A DNA stretch of 64,000 nt, taken from NCBI GenBank assembly GCA_002269645.1, contig NIVC01002815.1, positions 1-64,000 of the forward strand, written 5' to 3'. The translations under genes and the position numbers were made by a program. This document shows, in pieces, positions 61,205 to 64,000 of the stretch (position 1 is its first letter; each line of letters starts with the position of its first letter). The notes beneath the pieces are model-generated. The model was not told the DNA's origin. It was given only the letters and a program-made list of their open reading frames with translations, and did not search any database. This DNA is from Macrostomum lignano (taxonomy: Eukaryota).

Positions 61205-61850
61205 ATCAAGGAATCGTAAAGGACATTGTGCTACAAATAATAATATTGACACTCGTAAAGACAAATAAATTTATAAGCAATCCATATAATCTTATCTCTC
61301 CTATTGAACTGTCCATGCTCAATTCTCCTAAACCCTCGCATTAACTCGCTCGAGTCGGCAGTCTTCGAAGAGATCTATTACTCTAAATTATAAAATCACA
61401 TAGCCATAAACTTTTTGCAATAGCCTCAGACATGAGTTGCGCCCGGAGCGCCTCTGAATGGCTGAAAAGCTGAGAGAAGATCGGAGAGGGAGAGAAGAGG
61501 GGCAGCCACTCAGGCGTTACAGTCCTGCCATTTCTATCTTTATCTGTCGAAGAAGTCAGACGGAGAAAGTATAATAATAAGCCCAAGCAATGCGCAGACG
61601 AACAAGGGGCCGCAGAAAAAGGAAAGGACGCGCAGAGACCATTGGCCCAGAAGTTGATGGGCTTAGCTAATCAAATTACGACGTCTCCACTTTTGAAAGA
61701 AATTTCTCCTCATTAATTTATAGACGCGAAAGCCACCAAGCAGAGGATAAAGACCGCTTCTTAAGCCTGAGAAGAAGAGAACAAAACAGCCTCTTCTTAC
61801 AGCAGCCAAGTGCAGCAGCAGAAAGCTTGGCTTCCAAAATTTCGATCGAA

Positions 61851-62645
61851 ATGAAAGCTTTTAGTGTTCGGTTGTTGTTGTTGTTGCTGCTTCTGCTGGC
61901 AGTATGGGAAAGCAGGGCATGCTACCTAAATTTGGCGATGAGCGGCAGCGGTAGCAGAGGCAGCGGCGTCTCAAAAAGTATCGAAGATTTGGCAGAGTCT
62001 TCTCCGATTGTGCTCACTGGACATGTGCTCAATACAACCGCGAGTGGCTCAGGCAGTGGCTCAAGGAGAAGCTACTCAGCCGAAATTCAAGTGCTCGAGG
62101 TGCTGAAGGGTAATGGATTGTTGCCCCTTAGCAACCGAAGCGCCTTTGATGATACCAATGATCACACAGTGGTGATTGACGAATACGGAGATCCAGTTAG
62201 CTGCTTGAGCGAAGTTTTTCAAGATGACTGGTTGATATTTTTCCTGTCAAAGTCGGGCTCCAGGCTCATGGCTTTTTATGCCAGACCATCTGCCGCGACA
62301 GCCCAGTTGACAGAATCGAATTTGGCAAGAGCTGCGACGGCCTTGGGTGAGCGATTCCGAGATCACTGCTTTATTGCACAGTTGAAGCAAAGACTATATG
62401 TTAACTATAACTCATTATAGACTGCTGAGCGACATTTTACCCTTCATTAATGAGCTCAGTAAGAAAAAAACATGGGAATTTTCTCCCCCACAATTCAGGC
62501 TGGTTCAGCTGGTCAAGTTGGACGGCCTGCAGCGGCAGCTGCGGCCTCGCTGGCATCAGACAGAGAGTCAGAAATTGCGCCGGACCGCCTTGCGACTACG
62601 GGGACGCCAAACAGACTCGTCAGTGCAATAGGTGGCCTTGCGAAG
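61851..62645 (+). CDS. Secreted protein with agrin N-terminal (NtA) domain followed by a TSP1 repeat; 3'-incomplete. Exons 61851-62346 and 62499-62645
   Basis: Signal peptide MKAFSVRLLLLLLLLLAVWESRA; NtA-like IEDLAESSPIVLTGHV, YSAEIQVLEVLKG, VIDEYGDPVSC, WLIFFL; phase-1 exon GWFSWSSWTACSGSCG..GIRQRVRNC...QC..WPC. Confidence 0.82.
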
Positions 62646-62851
62646 GTGAGAATTCCGCTCCGTTTGGACTCACCGATTACAGGAATAAAGAGAAAATGTT
62701 TTACAGTAAAGACATTCTAAATGCAAACCTTGTTTTTAAAACCTCTAACAGGTAACCTTTGTTGCCATTGATATGGGAATCTAATATGGAGTTCGTCGGA
62801 GGGAATTTCCGGACCATGTTTCTCTAAACAGAAAATTTCATTATTCTACAG

Positions 62852-63325
62852 CAGGGGTCTTCAAACTCCGGCCCTTGGGCCACATGCGGCTGGCAAAGCG
62901 TCTCTGGTCCTTTGAAACTGCACGGATAACAATCCGCTGCCATCATAAGGCTTGTGTCTCTATCCGTGCTCATCTCAGATCTCAGATCTCAGAATCTCAG
63001 CTTTCCAGTAAAGTCGCCTCTTTTCGCTTTTCTTCTCTCTCCCCTGCTATTCTTCTTTCCTCTCTCCTCTTCTCTCCGCTCCTCTTCTCTCTTCAGTACT
63101 CAGTCCTCCTTTTCTCTCATCTCTCTTCTCTAATCTTCTCTCCTTTCTTTCCTATATTCTCTTCTATTTAATATCTCGTCTCGTCTCGTCTCCTCTCATT
63201 TATTCTCTCGCCTCTCCTTTCTCCTTTCTCTCCTCTCTCTTCTTTATTCCTTCTCTGTCTGGCCAACAGTCATGCTCTGGGTTTTCGATCTGGTCCTTGA
63301 GGTTAAAAAGTTTGCCGACCCAAAG
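62852..63325. mobile_element. hAT/Charlie-like MITE with CT-rich interior
   Basis: CAGGGGTCTTCAAACTCCGGCCC ... AAGTTTGCCGACCCAAAG; TSD TTCTACAG / CTCTACAG (7/8 match). Confidence 0.7.
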
Positions 63326-64000
63326 CTCTACAGTATTGGGTTTCCAGCCTATATGCTCGCAGCTGTTGGAAAGAAAAAGTATATAATATAGCTCGCATAG
63401 TTACAAATACAATACAATATATTGTAATATTTAATACATGTTCAAAGGACAAAAGTCTAGCTCCACGCAAAATTCTAAAAAATTAAAATTCTGAAAATTT
63501 TCTTTCAACTTTCGGTATTCCCACAAAAATTGGGCAGTCAACATTAAAAAATTAAATTCCAAAATTCAAACAAAAAACCGCCTTGAAGACCAAGATATCA
63601 AGCACCCATGCCTCCATGGGCTGAAACAGATTTTTAATTTATTAAGAGCCAAAGACATTTGGCCTTCAGGACGTCCATATTGTCTTATTTTAAACAGAAA
63701 AACCAAACTCAACCTTTTCGTTGGATTTGCCTGTAGAAAAAGGTTTTATAGGTAACCTGCTGGTTGTTGTGTTTGCTGTACGCTCGTAGTGGTTCCTTTC
63801 AGAGTCAAAGTCGGACCACTGCATTCCTATACTCAAAACTGAAAATGAGACAAAAATGTAGAACTGAATTGAAGAAACAATCTGTTCTACTGCATATAAA
63901 ATTCGTAGCATATTAACTTTAATTTTTATTTTGACAGCTTAATTAAATTTGTCAATGGCAGCAATAGAAAAGTGAAGGTTTAAAATTCTGGATTTTCAGC

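Noticed and set aside
62875-63171. 98-aa ORF as a hydrophobic last exon of the NtA-TSP1 gene
   Set aside because: It lies wholly within the hAT MITE and its CT tract.

Overview
Eukaryotic (animal) genomic DNA with GT-AG introns and many repeats. It is not prokaryotic, and there is no CRISPR array, rRNA or intact tRNA. The gene content and style (intronless Gln/Ser/Ala-rich genes, a noggin-like gene with the planarian-type insertion, RTE LINE relics, TTAGGG tracts) best fit a free-living flatworm such as Macrostomum; this is inference. Seven host genes were reconstructed by hand from splice sites and reading phase: (1) noggin-like (-); (2) MARCH-type RING-CH E3 ligase (-); (3) a 6-exon ZCCHC7/Air1-like zinc-knuckle protein spanning 23 kb (+); (4) an 85-aa secreted 10-Cys peptide whose spacing recalls nemertean neurotoxin B-IV (-); (5) a secreted single-domain SUEL-type lectin about 330 bp upstream of it (-); (6) an SLCO/OATP transporter (-); (7) a secreted protein joining an agrin NtA domain to a TSP1 repeat (+, 3'-incomplete). 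Mobile DNA includes a young full-length Ty3/Gypsy element inside a ZCCHC7-like intron, a dead Tc1 transposase, a 3.9-kb MULE-like element with a 9-bp TSD and nested insertions, several hAT-type MITEs, LINE and SINE relics, and several minisatellites. The strongest leads are the toxin-like peptide/lectin pair, the NtA-TSP1 architecture and the very long basic noggin insertion.
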